Assembly (NCBI GenBank): GCA_041738755.1
Contig: JBGSPE010000005.1
Location: 79,872 to 143,871, forward strand
DNA: 64,000 nt
DNA from: Minisyncoccia bacterium
GTDB taxonomy: Bacteria; Patescibacteriota; Minisyncoccia; Phycocordibacterales; UBA918
Direction: 5' to 3'
The notes beneath the pieces are model-generated. The model had not been told where the DNA came from, ran no database searches, and worked only from the letters and a program-made list of their open reading frames with translations. The translations under genes were made by a program, and so were the position numbers. Below are positions 21,001 through 36,000 of this stretch, in pieces; position 1 is the first letter of the stretch; each line of letters begins with the position of its first letter.

Positions 21001-24000
21001 TACCACAGCGGTATGGCGTGGGTTTGAAAACTCAGTAGTAGGAAGCGACTGGTATAACGCTGCGTGGGCGCGTCGAGTTGAAATCACTATTCCAGACGCA
21101 CAAGTAAGTGAAGATCTTACTGATTTTCCCGTCTATGTAGATATGGCTGACTTGCCAGTTGGATTTTTCATTGCGGCAAAGTCTGATGGTTCAGACATTC
21201 GAATCACAGAGGCTGATGGCATTACGGAACTGCCATATGATTTGGTGTCTTATAATAGTGGTACACAAACTGGAGAACTTCACTTCAAAGCTGATTTGGC
21301 GTCTACAACCGATAATGAGTTTTATATTTATTATGGTAATAGTGGCGCATCCGCCTACGCTCCAAGTGCGACCTATGGCTCGCAAAATGTTTGGAACAAT
21401 AACTTTAACCTCAGGTATGCAATGGATGACTCTCCTGTCTCAGCTAGTCCACAGTTTAAAGACAGTACAGCAAATGGAAACGACGCTATTACGAGAGCCG
21501 GCTCCGGAATGACAAGCGGTGACGTGGTGGCTGGAAAGATAGGTCAAGCAATTAACCATGATGGAAATGACGGCGCGTTCTTTGAAAACGTTCTAACCTA
21601 TACTGGAACCTACACAATTTCAATGTGGTGGCGGACTCAGAATATCGCAGATGGAAATGGTTTTGCGGTCGCAAGTGCAGATGGTGGGGCAAATGAAAAA
21701 ATCGGACCATGGAATACACCAAGTAACGGCCGATCATTTATCCGGGTATTGCCAGGGGGGGCTTCCGATACAACGATTAACCACCCCGCAGACGGTACCT
21801 GGACACATGTCGTTATTACCCGTGACGCAAGTAATAAAGTAGATATTCACTTTAATGGTACAGCTAATCGTCTGTATGGTGACGTTGCGCAGTCAGGGAA
21901 CTCCAACTGGCACAACTTTGGTGGTGATCCTACACAAGGGTTCGAGGGAGATATTGATGAATTACGATTCTCGCCTGTACGTCGTACCAACGGTTGGATT
22001 GCAACTGAATACGCAAATCAATTAAGTCCGATTGGATTCTATGATGTATCTGCAGAGGAGCTCATTAGTGATGGTCGCAATTTACCAAGTACGTTACTAT
22101 CGTTATCTGATTATGCCGAGACGTATGAAGAACAAAATCCAACCCGTGAAAATCAAAATCTGATTGTTGTTGGTAATGATGCTGAGTGGGATTTTGTTCT
22201 GCAAAATAATCTCGGACTACCAAATACAAATTATTGTTTCCGTATGGTATACGACGATGGTGCGCTTTTGAGTACCTATGATCGATATCCACGATTAATC
22301 ACCAATGCACCCCCGCTTGAACCCGACTTATTTGCACCGTTTGACAACGAACAGCTAGCGTCGACCTCACCATGGTTTGAATTTGCAGTTGCCGATCAAC
22401 TCGATGACGATGTGTCCTATGAAATTGTTGTTGATAATAACCCCGACTTTAGTTCGCCGGAAATCACCCGTGAATCTACTGCTGATTTTTCTCAATTTGA
22501 AAACCTTTCAGCACCAGCTGAGCGAGGTATTTATACACCAGGACAAATTATCAGATTCATCCCGAGTGTGGCCTTGGCTAATAACACCACATACTATTGG
22601 CGGGTGCGGGCTCGTGATGACAATGGATCTGGTGCGTACGGCCCATGGTCAGACGGTGATAGTTTTACAGTGAATACGGCAACGATAATCACAACTTGGT
22701 TCCAAACAACCCAAGCGCAGTTTGATACTAATGATCTACAAAACACGGTGGCGACAGTGTCTGATGATGTGAGGATAGCCCCAACGTTAACGAGTGGTAC
22801 AACGACTGGAACCGCTATTCGCTTTGCCGATGTTGATACTGGCAATGCGTGGGGGGAATTATTATTTGCACAAGATGAACCTTCTGGAGATATTAAGTAC
22901 TCAATTGAATACTTAATATCGGGTAATGAATGGGCATTGATTCCAGATACTGATTTGGCTGGAAATAGCACTGGGTTTGATAGCTCAGGGGTATCTTTGG
23001 CGAATCTTAGTCCAATTACCTACCACACCATCCGTATTCGAGCATCCTTTTCAGGTACGGATAGTCAACCTCGGTTGCAAAGCTGGTCAATTACGTGGGG
23101 AAAGCGGATTGAAACACCGACCGTTCAATCACCATTTGATAATGCAAAAGTTAACACGACAGTCCCTCGGTTACTGTTTTCAACTACCGATCCACAAGCT
23201 GACAACTTAGAGTATGAAGTACAGGTATCACAGAGTTCAGATTTTGGTGTAGCGGTGACGTACCTCTCTGCCGTAGACAGTGGATTCACAAATCAAGTAA
23301 CGCCGGCAGACCTTACTCCGTTTACTTCCGGCGAACAAATTGAATATGAGTTCCAAACTAGTCTTACCGACGGTGTGACGTACTGGTATCGGGTACGGGC
23401 GAGAGACCCGTTGCCAGGAGAAAACGCCTACTCTGACTGGAGTAATGCTCGAAGCTTTACGGTAGATACTACAGCTACTGTTTCTACCTGGCATCAGACT
23501 ACCGGCGATCAATTTGCCACAGGTCAGACTGAAAATGCAGAATTCCTTACTACTGAAGTGGGTGTAACAAGCGTGATTCGTGGGGCCATGGTTGCTTATG
23601 GTGAATCTACTTCGCTCAATCCTCGATATCGACTATGGGATGGTGAAGCTTGGAGTGATCCACAAACTGCTGAAAGTATCGATGCGCTGGTAGAGTGGGC
23701 TGAGGTAAAAGCTGGGGTAACCCGCAACGAATATGCACTGGGAACACTTGGTAATGATGGTGATGTAAATGTTCAAATCTTTAACGTCAACTCAGGTACG
23801 TGGGGTAATCAAGTAGAGCTCTCCACTACCATCGCAAATACAGGATATCGATCAATGGATATAACATACGAGACTATATCCGGCGAACTGATGGCCGTTT
23901 CTTGTGAAGGAGATGATGCTGTGTATCGACTCTGGGATGGTTCTAACTGGACAGCATCTACAACCATAAGCCTCACAAAAGCAGCAGCCTGTGAGTATAT

Positions 24001-27000
24001 CGAGCTGTCCTCTGACCCGACCTCGAACGAAATTATTGCTGTTTTCCGACATCTAAATACTGGTAGTCCCGACTATGAAGTATTGGTTTGGAATGGTTCG
24101 TCGTGGGGTAACTCAATTACATTGGGGGATTACTCAGAAGCAGAAAATGAAGGTATTGCAATTGAATACGAAGCATCAGGAGACCAAGCTGTAGTCGTGA
24201 TTACCAACGGTAATAACCCAAGTTTCTTCTATAATACCTGGAATGGTTCAGCGTGGTCTGGGACATTGACACAGGCCCTGCAAAATGACTTTGAAAGTGG
24301 CGTTTTGAAGAAAAATCCACTCAGTGATGAAATGGCACTCTGCTACATCGATGACGAAAGTGATCTTGGGACGGTGTTTTGGGATGGTGCTGCATGGGAC
24401 ACGTTCTTAGAGCACGAACAGACAGCTAATAGTAAAGATGGTGGGCGACCTGTCAGTTGTGAATTTGAAACCACGCCCGGGAGAGAAGGGTATTTGATGA
24501 TTCCGTATTCTGATACTGTAGCAACAAACTACACCGTCTATGCCACCTCGTCATACTCTGGTGAGCTTCCAATTGGTACCATTACTGACACCTGGACGAC
24601 TCAAACTGTTAGGACTGCAGATGGTTTAATTCTTGGCGTCTTCTTACAGGACGAAGGCCTTGCTCCAGCTGACCGTTACGAGTTTGCGTATTGGAACGGA
24701 ACGGATTGGTTGGGTCAAGAAACACTCAGCACCGTCCCATCAGTTACAGGTACTCCATTTCATGACTCTATTGGGGTGGCGGCACAAATTTTCCCAAGTG
24801 TCACTAATGCCTCGATTCTTTCAACGGCTATTAATTTTGAAGATGGAGGAAGTCCTCGCTTTGAAGATATCTCTTTCAGTGACGCAACACCAGGAGCTAG
24901 TAGTATTGAATATCGAGTGTATTACGAATCCACCCCTGGGGTATTTTCACTTATCTCTGACAGTGCTTTGCCTGGTAACTCGGTTGGTTTTTCTGCAGGT
25001 ACTGTTGATATATCAACGCTCGACACTGATATTTATTCTGTTTTGAAACTAGAAGCTACACTTCTGTGCGATAGTGGCGATTGTCCAACCCTTGAAGAAT
25101 GGACTATCCGGTGGTCAGAGGGAGTGAGTGTCTCAGGACTAGCATTTGCTTATGACCAAACAACTCCTTTAACCGAAGGAACGGTAGCTATTGCGGTGAA
25201 TGGTGTGTTACAAGTCGGTAAGACGGCAGAAATCTCTGCGAGTACCGGAGTACAGGAGGTTGCGTTTACTTCCGCTGGGAGCAGTACTTGGGCGGTGCCA
25301 GCCGGAGTCACTGATCTTACTGTAAAAGCGTGGGGGGCTGGCGGTGGTGGCGGAGGGGGTGGTATAGCTGATTCAGGAGCAGCCGGTGGCGGTGGCGGAT
25401 TTGTCACAGGTACAGTGCCAGTTACTCCACTGGAAAACCTTACGGTGTTTGTTGGCGGTGGTGGACAAGCAGGGTTGTCCGGATCTCCGGCAGGCGCCGC
25501 CGGCGGTGGAGGATTTTCAGGAGTATTCAGAACGAGCACACCACTTACAGTGGCTGGTGGTGGTGGAGGTGGTGGGGCTGGTTCTGGTGGAATTAGCTAC
25601 GCTGGAGTTGGTACGGCGTGTACCGTCTCAGGAGCAAGTTGTACCCCGACAATTCCAGGTGGCACAGCAGAGCATGATGTACTTGTGGCAGTAGTCCATT
25701 CTCGAACTGACACAGCGCACACCTGTACCACGAACTGCGCTGGCTGGACAGAGTTTTCATCTCAGGCCGGTGGTAATGGACGTCTGTCTGTGTGGTATCT
25801 CAGACGGGGTGCAGGAGCTCCGGCAAACCCTACTTTTGCTGGTCCAGCAACTGAAAGTTACACCGCTCGAATTTGGTCATTCCGCGGAGTGGCACGAAGC
25901 GGTAATCCGTTTGATGTTATAAGTGCAAACACAACCCAAGCAGCTACCAACCCATTTGTTGGAGCAAGTCTTACCAGTACACTCGATAATGTAATGAGTG
26001 TATTTGTGGGAGGTACACTTGATGATAATACGTGGGGACCAGCAGGAGGTACTTGTACAGTTCCAACTGGAGTGGACGCAAACTTTTACGCAGCTAATCT
26101 CAACGGATCTGATAACTCTATTTTCCTCTGTTACAACAACCACCCAACCAATACCGCCGGACCACTTGGTGTACCAACTATGACCCAAGTTGCGAACGCA
26201 ACTGATGTCGGGCGTTGGTTTACGTTTGCGCTCCGACCAGATTACACCGCACAACAAGCGGCGGGTCTTGGTGGTCCTGGAGGGGGACTCATTGGTATAA
26301 CTGCAAGTTCCTCCGGCGCCGCAGCTGGGGGTAGTGGTGGAACGCAAAGTGGTGGTGGAACCGGTAGTGGTGGAGCATCGTCCGGTAGTTCGCTCGTTGG
26401 TGGATCTGGGGGTTCTGGCACTAGCGGTGGAGTAGGCGGAGTTGGTGGAATTAACGGTGGCGGAGCCGGTGGTTCGGGTGCAGGCGCAACCGCGCAAGCA
26501 GGCGGAGGTGGAGCCGGTGCGGGATATTTTGGTGGTGGCGGTGGCGCAAGCGCTAACTCAAATGCTGTTTCAGGTGCCGGTGGCGGAGGAGGTTCTTCAT
26601 ATGTTGTAACGGGAGCGAGCGCAACTTCAACTCAGTCTGGCAATGGCGTAACTCCTGGTGGTGCTGCCGATCCTCGCTATCTCCTTGGATCCGCTATCGG
26701 TGGGGCAGGAGGCGCAACATCTAGCGATGGAGTCGCTGGAACTAATGGTCGAGTAGTCGTGAGTTGGATTGGTAGTACTACCCCAGGTGTCTGGTCAATT
26801 CCAAATATTAATGTTGAAGCTGGAGATGTTATTACGGTGTTCGTTACCGGTGCTGATGGTGCGCGTGAGGCTGTCGCAGTTACGCAGTACAACGGAGCTG
26901 GCGACGTCACTGGTATGCAATTGAGCGAACGAACACTCACGCTTGGTTCAGCGGATAACCCAATCCTCAGTAATCCTGAAATCGGCCTCTATGAATTTGA

Positions 27001-30000
27001 TGACAACGAAGACGTGTTCTTCGGTGTTAATGCTGGAAATGAACTACAACTTTGTGAAGATACAACCTGTTTGGATGCACGTTTGCGGATTCTTTCTGGG
27101 ACAACCTATGAACCACAAACCAATGGTCGAGTCGTAAATTTTGAAAATACCGGTACGTTCAGTCCCGGGACTACCACCCTTCGAGTGTCTGGTTCGTGGA
27201 AACAAAACGGGATATTTACTACCGCAGCATCTACCGTTATCTTTACCGCAACAACCTCAAGTTACACACTTGAAAATGCAACTTCATCGTTTTCATTCTT
27301 TAATGTTACGTTCGGAGAAACATCCAGTGTTGCCACTTGGAACATTACTAAACCACTACAAGCTCTTGGCACGTTTGCAATTGATAGAGGTACATTGAAT
27401 CGTGGTACGTCGACTATTACAGTTGGTAATAATCTGCGTGTTGGGAATGGTGGCGTGGTAGTTGGTATTGGTACAACGACATTTACTGGTGGAGGAAGTT
27501 ATGTCTGGACTGATTTAAATGCCAGCTCAACTAATATTGGAAACGTTCTTATTGATGGTACGGCAAAGACTATTACGCTTGGTAGCGCTGTGTTAGCGCA
27601 AAGTATCACTATCGGGGCTGATGATACACTTAACGCCTCTGGTTCAAATTTCCCAATAACTGTACTTGGCTCATGGGTAAATAATAATTCGTTTATTCCG
27701 CAAGGGGGTACCGTTATATTTGCTGGTACTTCAACCACCGCAATAAATAGAGGTACCTCAGCGTTCAATAATCTTTCTTTCACAGGAGTGGGAGGTAGTT
27801 GGTCATTTACTACTCCGACACTTGCTCTAAACGGAACGCTAACTATCGCTACTGGTACCGTCACCCTACCAACAGGAACTACGACTATTGGACGATCATT
27901 TACTAATAGTGGCGGAACGTTTCTACATAACAATGGTGAGGTTCGGATGACGAGCACTGTCGCTGGACAAACAATTACGCAGCGAGCTGATAGCTTCTTC
28001 AACGCATTCTACGATCTTACCTTCAGCGGGTCGGGTGCCTGGGCATTCTCGGAAACAGCGGCCACAACAACTCGAAACATGAGTATTCAGTCAGGTACCG
28101 TGACGTTCCCAAGTGGTACCTTGACGGTTGGTGAAGATTTCCTCACGACTGGTACTGGTGCTTTTGCTCATAATAATGGGGAAGTCATATTCTTGGTGCA
28201 AGGTCCTGATACTGCCAGCGTTAATAATTCTTCATTTAATAATGTGCGGGTTCGAAATGGTGTTGCCTCGGCTACTTGGTATAACGACGCGTGGTTATAT
28301 AGAGTGCCGGTAACTATTAATGAGTCACAAATTGATGGTGATCTTACTAACTTCCCGGTCTATGTAAACCTTGATGATTTTGGTACTCATTTCTTCACCA
28401 ATGTGAAAGCCAATGGTGGTGATATTCGAGTGACGCAGGGTGATGGAGTGACAGAAGTACCTCGAGAATTAGTTTCTATTAACCCTGGTACTGGCGTAGG
28501 TGAACTTCATTTTAGAGCCAACTCAGTTTCTTCTTCAACCAATTCAACCTACTATATTTATTACGGTAATGCTGCAGCCAATGATTATGCGGTGACTGAT
28601 CCGTTTGGAGCACGAAATGTATGGAGTAATGGCTATGCGCTCGTCACACACTTGAACGACTTAACAACAAGCACTATCCTCAACAGTGCGGGTACCATAA
28701 ACGGAACCAAAACGAGCGCAAATAATCCATTGTTTGTAACGACAAGCTTTATCTACGGTGGACAGGACTTTAGTGCTGATGCAATTCAGTTTAATGGAGA
28801 TATTATTGCCAGTGAGAGTCAATATAGTGTGTCACTCTGGTTCAATCCTGATAATCTTGGCGGCGGAAATGCTGAAGAACAGAGCTTTGGAGAATCACTC
28901 TATGCGGTGTCGGTTGCAGCGCCGTACCAATGGCTTACAACTGGGGGTACTGGTTTTCCGGGTGAGTTACGCCTTTGTGCCTTTGAAAATACTGCAACTG
29001 ATTGTACGCCAACCAGTGGTGCCTCGCTCGTGAGTGGAAATTGGTATTACGCCTCTGTTAACGCCATTGGTGGAGGTAATACAACGGTTCGAATCAATGG
29101 AGTTGAACGGCTTTCCTATACAAATCAAAACAAAGGCGTAGTCAGTGACAACTTTACAATAGGAGATCTGCGCGCCGGTCGGAATATTAATTACGACGGT
29201 CGAATTGATGAGGTGCGCGTAGCAAATGTCACTCGAACCAACGCTTGGCAAGATGCTGAGTACAGAAACCATGCGACAACCACGAACTTCTATACAGCAG
29301 GAGCTGTCCAAACTAGTGGCGCGAGAACGTTTACTACCGTAAATACAAACATCCTTGGTAATCTTATCCTTGAAGATGGGGGTGACAGCGTGTTCCCAAC
29401 TGGAGTTTTGGCGGTTGGTGGGTCATTCGATAACAACGCTAGTTTTGACGCCAATGGCGGAACGGTCCGCTTTAACTCAACTGCCGGAGCGGAAACTATT
29501 GCTGCGGGTAGTTCACCATTTGCGACGCTTGAATTTAACAATGCCGCTGGTACCTTTACGGTTACTGAACACGCTACCGCCACTGTTGCGATAAACCTCG
29601 TAAACGCAACATCGTTCACTCTGCAAAGTGGACAATCCCTAACGACGCTCGGTACCTTCACGAACGCCATTGTAAACGCTAATACCACCTGGACCGGTGC
29701 AACAGTGGTATTTGGCGGAAATAATGACATTACCACCAGTGCCAAAACCTACACGGGTGATAGCTACGGAACCATCAGAACACTTGGTACCACTACAGCA
29801 AGGTTCTGGAATTCAACCTCAACTGTCTACGACACAGTTGCCTCATCATCAATCTACTCACAAGACCATGCTGGGGTAGATGGAGATCTGTTTATCTTTG
29901 GTGACTACAGGAGGTCAGCTGGGTCAGAGTATTGGAGTCACGCTACTGACTTTGATGGGGCAAATATTGGAGGGACACCAAGACAAGTTGATGTACGATT

Positions 30001-33000
30001 TGAAAGTGGATCAACGTTCGTTCTGACAAATGCCTCGCTCTTCATGCAGGGAGCGACTTCAGCATCAACAACGGTCGCGGCCCAAAGTGGTGATTATACT
30101 ATCACCGCAGCAAACGCAACGATTAACGCATCACTCTTTGAGGTTGCGCAAACAAATAGCTCTGGATTTTCACTGACAAGCTCAACAACACTAGCTCAAT
30201 TTACCAATGGGTATTTCAATGTGACACCAGGACGGAGCGGAATCACCATCGATGCAACAACCGTGAACCAGAATCCAGGTGGTCAGTACTTTGGAATTAA
30301 CTTCGCGACAACTACGGCGGGAGCAGCGACTAATGTGACGCTGACAGGAACACCAGCCAGCTTTGTTTGGTTCCGTAACGGCAGCGGTAATCTCTACGGA
30401 GAAGCGTTTGATGCGGGAGATGGTAACCCTGGTTCTATTCGATTTGATGATAGTTCATTTAATATCACTATTTCAGGAACTATCTATAGTGATGACGGAG
30501 TGACACCAATGGGTGCAGCAATTTGTGACAATGTAACACCGGTTGTGGCGGTGGCGGTTGATGGGGCTGTGGTGCAAACTGGTACCTGTAATAGTGCTAA
30601 TGGTACGTACAGTATTCCAAATATAAATTATATTGGAGACGCTGACATTGCAGTGTACCTCGACACTAACCGACCAGGTACTTCAACCATAGCGCTCCGT
30701 AGTCAAACTTCCGGTGTTGGTACTACCAACGGAACGACCGGACAGTTTAGTGTTAATAAGCCAGCCTCAGTCACAAATGGTGATTACCTGGTTGTGATTA
30801 TTGGTAAAGATGATACTCCAGGAATTACGCCACCGGCGGGTTGGACAGGGTACACCCAGGCTGGAACTACTGGAAACGTACGGCATACAGGAATTTGGTA
30901 TAAGCGAGTCACCGATGCCACTTCTGAACCTGCTTCGTATACCTTTACTGGAGATGTGAACGAAGTATTCAGTTATTACTCAGCCGCTTTGATAGGTGTA
31001 AGTCCAAGTAATCCAGAAGATGTCTCCTTTGCTGGTCGGTGGCAGCAGGTACAAAATAGTGTTGCTCCGTCCGCTCCGTCACTGACAACGCAAACAACAA
31101 ATTCATATGTCTTTAGTGCGTGGTATGTCGATAATGATAATGCGGTCACTATGCCGGGAGCACCATGGACAACTCGAACGGCAAATATTGTTTCGGGCGA
31201 AAATAATAATCTCTCCATCTCATCACAAGTGGTAGCTGCACCAGGTGCAACCGGTGGGGTGGCTATTACGGGCGTTGGTGGTACAGCTGAGACAAATATG
31301 GCGCAGTTTGCCTTTAGGCGAGATGTAGCAACAACAAGTTCAGTACGAGCAGTTACGGTTACTAAGACACCGTCGGCAAATATCACTAACTTTGATTTAT
31401 ACCAGTCACGCGTCATTGTACGGCACGAAGACGTGTCACCAATGACAATTGCTGATATGACAAAGTATCAATTCAGTAATGATTCAGATGTACAGTTTGT
31501 TGCTTCCTCAAGTCAACTTACGGTACTTCCTAATAATGAGTTGTTCGTCTGGAATAATAAGACTTTTGCACCAGGGGGTGATGTCACATTGACTGGAAAT
31601 GGAAATAGCAATGGCTTCGAAGGAACGCTCCAGATTGGCTCAGGCGCAGCTTTTGTTGCTGCAGGATCACAAACGCACACGTTGGCTGGTCGATTTGTGA
31701 TGAGAAATACCGGAAGCTTCACAGCCGCTTCTTCAACCGTTATATTCAACGCCTCAACAACCGGTAAGAGTATTACGGCTTCAACGACAGTGGCATTTAA
31801 CGAATTGCAGTTCAACGGCACAGGCGGCGGATGGAATATAACAGCACCACTGACGGTTGCGCAAAATATCAATCTTGCTGCCGGAACTGTTACTGGTACC
31901 AGCAACATCACCATTCAAAATGGTTCCTTCTTTGGAAACGGTGTGCTTTCACTCGGTACGGGTACAACGACCATCAATCAAACCAATACCCTCGGTGGCA
32001 CAACCCCGTGGACCTTTGCCAACCTCGTTTTGGGTAATGGTTCATCTATTGGGACAACCACTCCGGCCAGCACTGCCACAACTACTATCCTCGGTCGGTT
32101 AACCATCAGTCCAGCTCACTTCCTCAATGCGCAAAACAGCTCGTTTGATTTAGCGGGAACCGGTGTTGTCTTACAAGAGTCGGGTACCTTGCTTGAAGGC
32201 ACCGGTACTATTCGTTACAGCGGGAACGGTGCGACAGTAGCGAATACCACGTACTACAATTTACTACTCGAAGCTGGCGCTGGTACTCCGACCTACGTGG
32301 CTGCCGGACCAGGTATCTTGGTACTCAATAACCTCACCGTGGGAGGAGTGGCTAATAGTACATTCAACCTCAGCACTAATAACGCGTCGCTTGATGTAAA
32401 TGGAAACGTTACGATAGCTTCAAACGGTACTCTTATTGCAAGTGCGTCTGCACCACTCACGGCCGGAGGCTCATGGCAAAATAATGGAACCTTCACTGCT
32501 TCAAATGGAACAGTTACGTTTGATACTGCTACCTCAGCTACGGTTAATCCAGGTAATTCATCATTTGCAAACCTTAATCTTGCGGCACTTGGAGCAATAG
32601 CTATTACAAATAATGCAACGGCAACTGCAAACATAACTATTGCTTCAACAACATCATTTACTCAAAATAGCGGCACCACTTTGGCAATTGGTAATCGTCT
32701 TATTAATCAAACTGATGGTTCTAACACAACCTGGACTGGTAGTACCTTGTCACTTTATGGTGGTGGCCAGTACGAAGTGAATACAAAAACTGGGGTAGAC
32801 AATTATGACGGTACACTGGTGGTAAGCGGCACCGCACAACCTCGTTTCTGGAATTCTAATTTTGGAACTGTCCAAAATAGCGGAGGGGGTTCAATCTACT
32901 CAATGAACCATGCAGGGAATAGTGGCGAGTTGTACATCTATGGAAATTACAATAATACGACCTACGCTGATCATTGGAGTTATGCAACTGACTTTGATGG

Positions 33001-36000
33001 AACAGTATTGGGTTCACCGCGACCTGCCTCCGTATTTGTGGCTGGTGGTAGTTCGGTAACGTATAGCAGTAGTAGTATCAGTGTCCAAGGAACATCGACC
33101 GCTACCACTACCATCCAAAACCAGGGGAGTGGCACATACGAATTATCACTTGAAGGAAATACAACAGCTACCTTGCGTTACGTCGCGCCTCGAAACCTGG
33201 CTGCAAGTGGTATTGAGTTCAGTGGTACCCCAACCATTGTCGATATTGCAAATGCTGATTTCTTTATTCAAACTAACAGTGCCTCAGCGCTCACTGTCGC
33301 TGGTTCAGTTATCAATGCTAATCCAGCCAAGAACCTTAATATCAACCGTTTTGAAGCAGCTGGCGGGGTGACTGGCGCAATCAACGTGACTGTCACTGGT
33401 TCGTCAGTGAGTTCATGGCGGTTTACCAATGAATACGGTAATCGAGCGGGTGAACTCTATGACGCTGACGCGGGAGATCCGGGTGAAATTGTATGGACCG
33501 ACTCAGCTGCTCTGATTACTATCTCCGGAAGTGTGTTTAGTGATGAGGGAAGTAGTGTATCAAGTGTTTGTGACGGCTCGACACCAAACATTCGAATTGT
33601 GGTGGCGGGAGTAACTTCAGCTTCAACCACATGTAATGGTAGTGGAAATTATTCATTCACGAGTGTTGGATTCAATGCCAACGATTCAATCATCGTCTAT
33701 ATTAATGGTGAGGCAGAAAAAGCCGCTACCGTTACCTACGAACCGATTTCAAATATCACTAATATGGACCTGTATGAAAATCGAGTGATTGTTCGACATG
33801 AAGGAGCTACTCCAATTGCGATTGAAGAATTGGCAGTGTATGACAGCAGTGATGATGGTGATATACCGTTTACTGCCGACACTGTAGGAAGTCCAGATAC
33901 ACTCGTGCTACCAGCAAATCGAAAGTTGCTCGTTTGGAACAATAAACAATTTACTCCAAATGGTAATGTCACCATAACTGGTGGAGGTGGAAGTGCTGAT
34001 TATGACGGTACACTAGAAGCTCGAGCGGGAGGTCAATTCATTGCTCAAAACAGCGAGACACATACCATTGGTGGAAGTCTTATCTTTGGCAGCGGCGCTG
34101 TATTTACCGGGGCCCAATCATCAGTCGTAATGACTACTGATGATGCAAGCCGAGTGATTGATGTAAACGGCGGTTCGTTCCACAATCTTTCAGTTACCGG
34201 TCCGGGTAGTCTAGCGGTGACAGATACAACACTAACGGTAAATAATAATTTCACGCAAACAAATGGTAGCCTAAGCTTCCCAACCGGAACAACAACTATT
34301 GGTAGCTCATTTATTGCCTCAGGTGGAGACTTTGATATCAATGGAAGTCCTCTGGTATTCACGAGTACGGTAACCGGGCGAACAGTCACGTTTGGTGATT
34401 CTGATGTAGCAAACGTAACCTTCGCTGGAGTTGGTGGTGCGTGGAATATCACTGATGTCAATGCTACTGCTACAGAGTCAGTTGTAATCAATGCTGGTGC
34501 GGTAACGCTTCCAAGTGGAACCCTCACCATTGGCGGTGACTTTAATAATGCCAGTGGAACTATTGCGCACAATACGAGTGAACTCGTCTTCACGAGTCCT
34601 AACCCACAAATACTGCGGGCCCGTGGCTCTGATTTACATAGCGTCAGGCAAGCTGGGGTTGGTGCACTAACGATGACTGATACCAATGCGACGCTACTCG
34701 GAAGTTTGATAATCTCAGCTGGTTCGGTCAATCTCGCAACGGGAACACTGGCAGTTGGAGGCTCACTCATCTCTGTTGGCGGTACGTTTGAAAGTGCCAC
34801 TGGCACGGTCTTGTTCAATGGTGTGACGAGCGGACTTACCATTAATCCTGGCCAAAGTGATTTCTACAATGTACAGATTGGTGCTCCAAGTGGTGGGTAT
34901 ACACTCTCAAGCGCTACTACCACGAACAACTTCACGTTGGCTTCGGTTAATAATTTTACGCTTAGCCCGACTAATGTCTTACGAGTTGAGGGAGTCTTTA
35001 CAAATACTGCAGTGGGCGCTAATACCACTTGGACTGGTTCGACGTTGGTACTTGGTTCGGGTACCTCATATAGTGTAAACACTCGAATTAGTACTGGTGA
35101 TTTCTATGAAAATCTTATCCTTGCTAATAATACCGACGTACGCTTCTGGTACTCACAAGCGACTACGACAACTGTTGCCTCAAGTGCATCACTCTATTCA
35201 CAAGACCATGCCAATGTAAACGGAGCACTCAATGTGTACGGAGATTTCGTTATTAGTACAACCACTGAGTACTGGAGTTACGCAACTGACTTTGATGGTA
35301 CACCGCTTGGTGGCTCACCTCGAAAAGTAACCGTACGAATTGCCGGCAATGCTACCACCACAATGCAAAGCGGTGGGCTACAGATTGTGGGTGGTAGTGG
35401 TAATACAACAGATATAAATAATCAAGGAAGTGGGCAATATAATTTCGTAGTTACTGGGGGAACCTTCAACGCCAATCAGTACAGCTTCGCTAATCTATCT
35501 CTCCAAGGTCTTCAATTTACCGGTCTCCCAACCATCACCGACCTATCCAATGGATATTATGAAATTGCCGCTGATACTGGTTCACTTATCACGCTGTCTT
35601 CAACGACGTTGAACGCTAATGCATCAAAGGTCTTCAATAATGTTGGATTCAATGCAGTTGGACCATTAACTGGCTTTAACGTAAACCTGGTCGGTGTAAC
35701 TGATAACGCCTGGAGGTTCACCAATGCGTACGGCAATATTGGCAATGAAGGATTTGACGTCGATGGTTTGGATGCCTGTGGTTCAATACGGTTTGATGAC
35801 AGTGCCTGTCTCTTGACTGAACAAACAAACTACCGCTGGCGCAATGATGATGGAGGTGCCGGAGTACCTGATAGCGAATGGTTTAATACAGACTGGGATC
35901 TTCGAAAGCGAGTGAGAATTACTAACCCAGTCAACCAGACCTATAGCAGCACCTCTGTGAAGATTGCGGTCGCGTATGAAAGTGACATGCTTTCAAACTT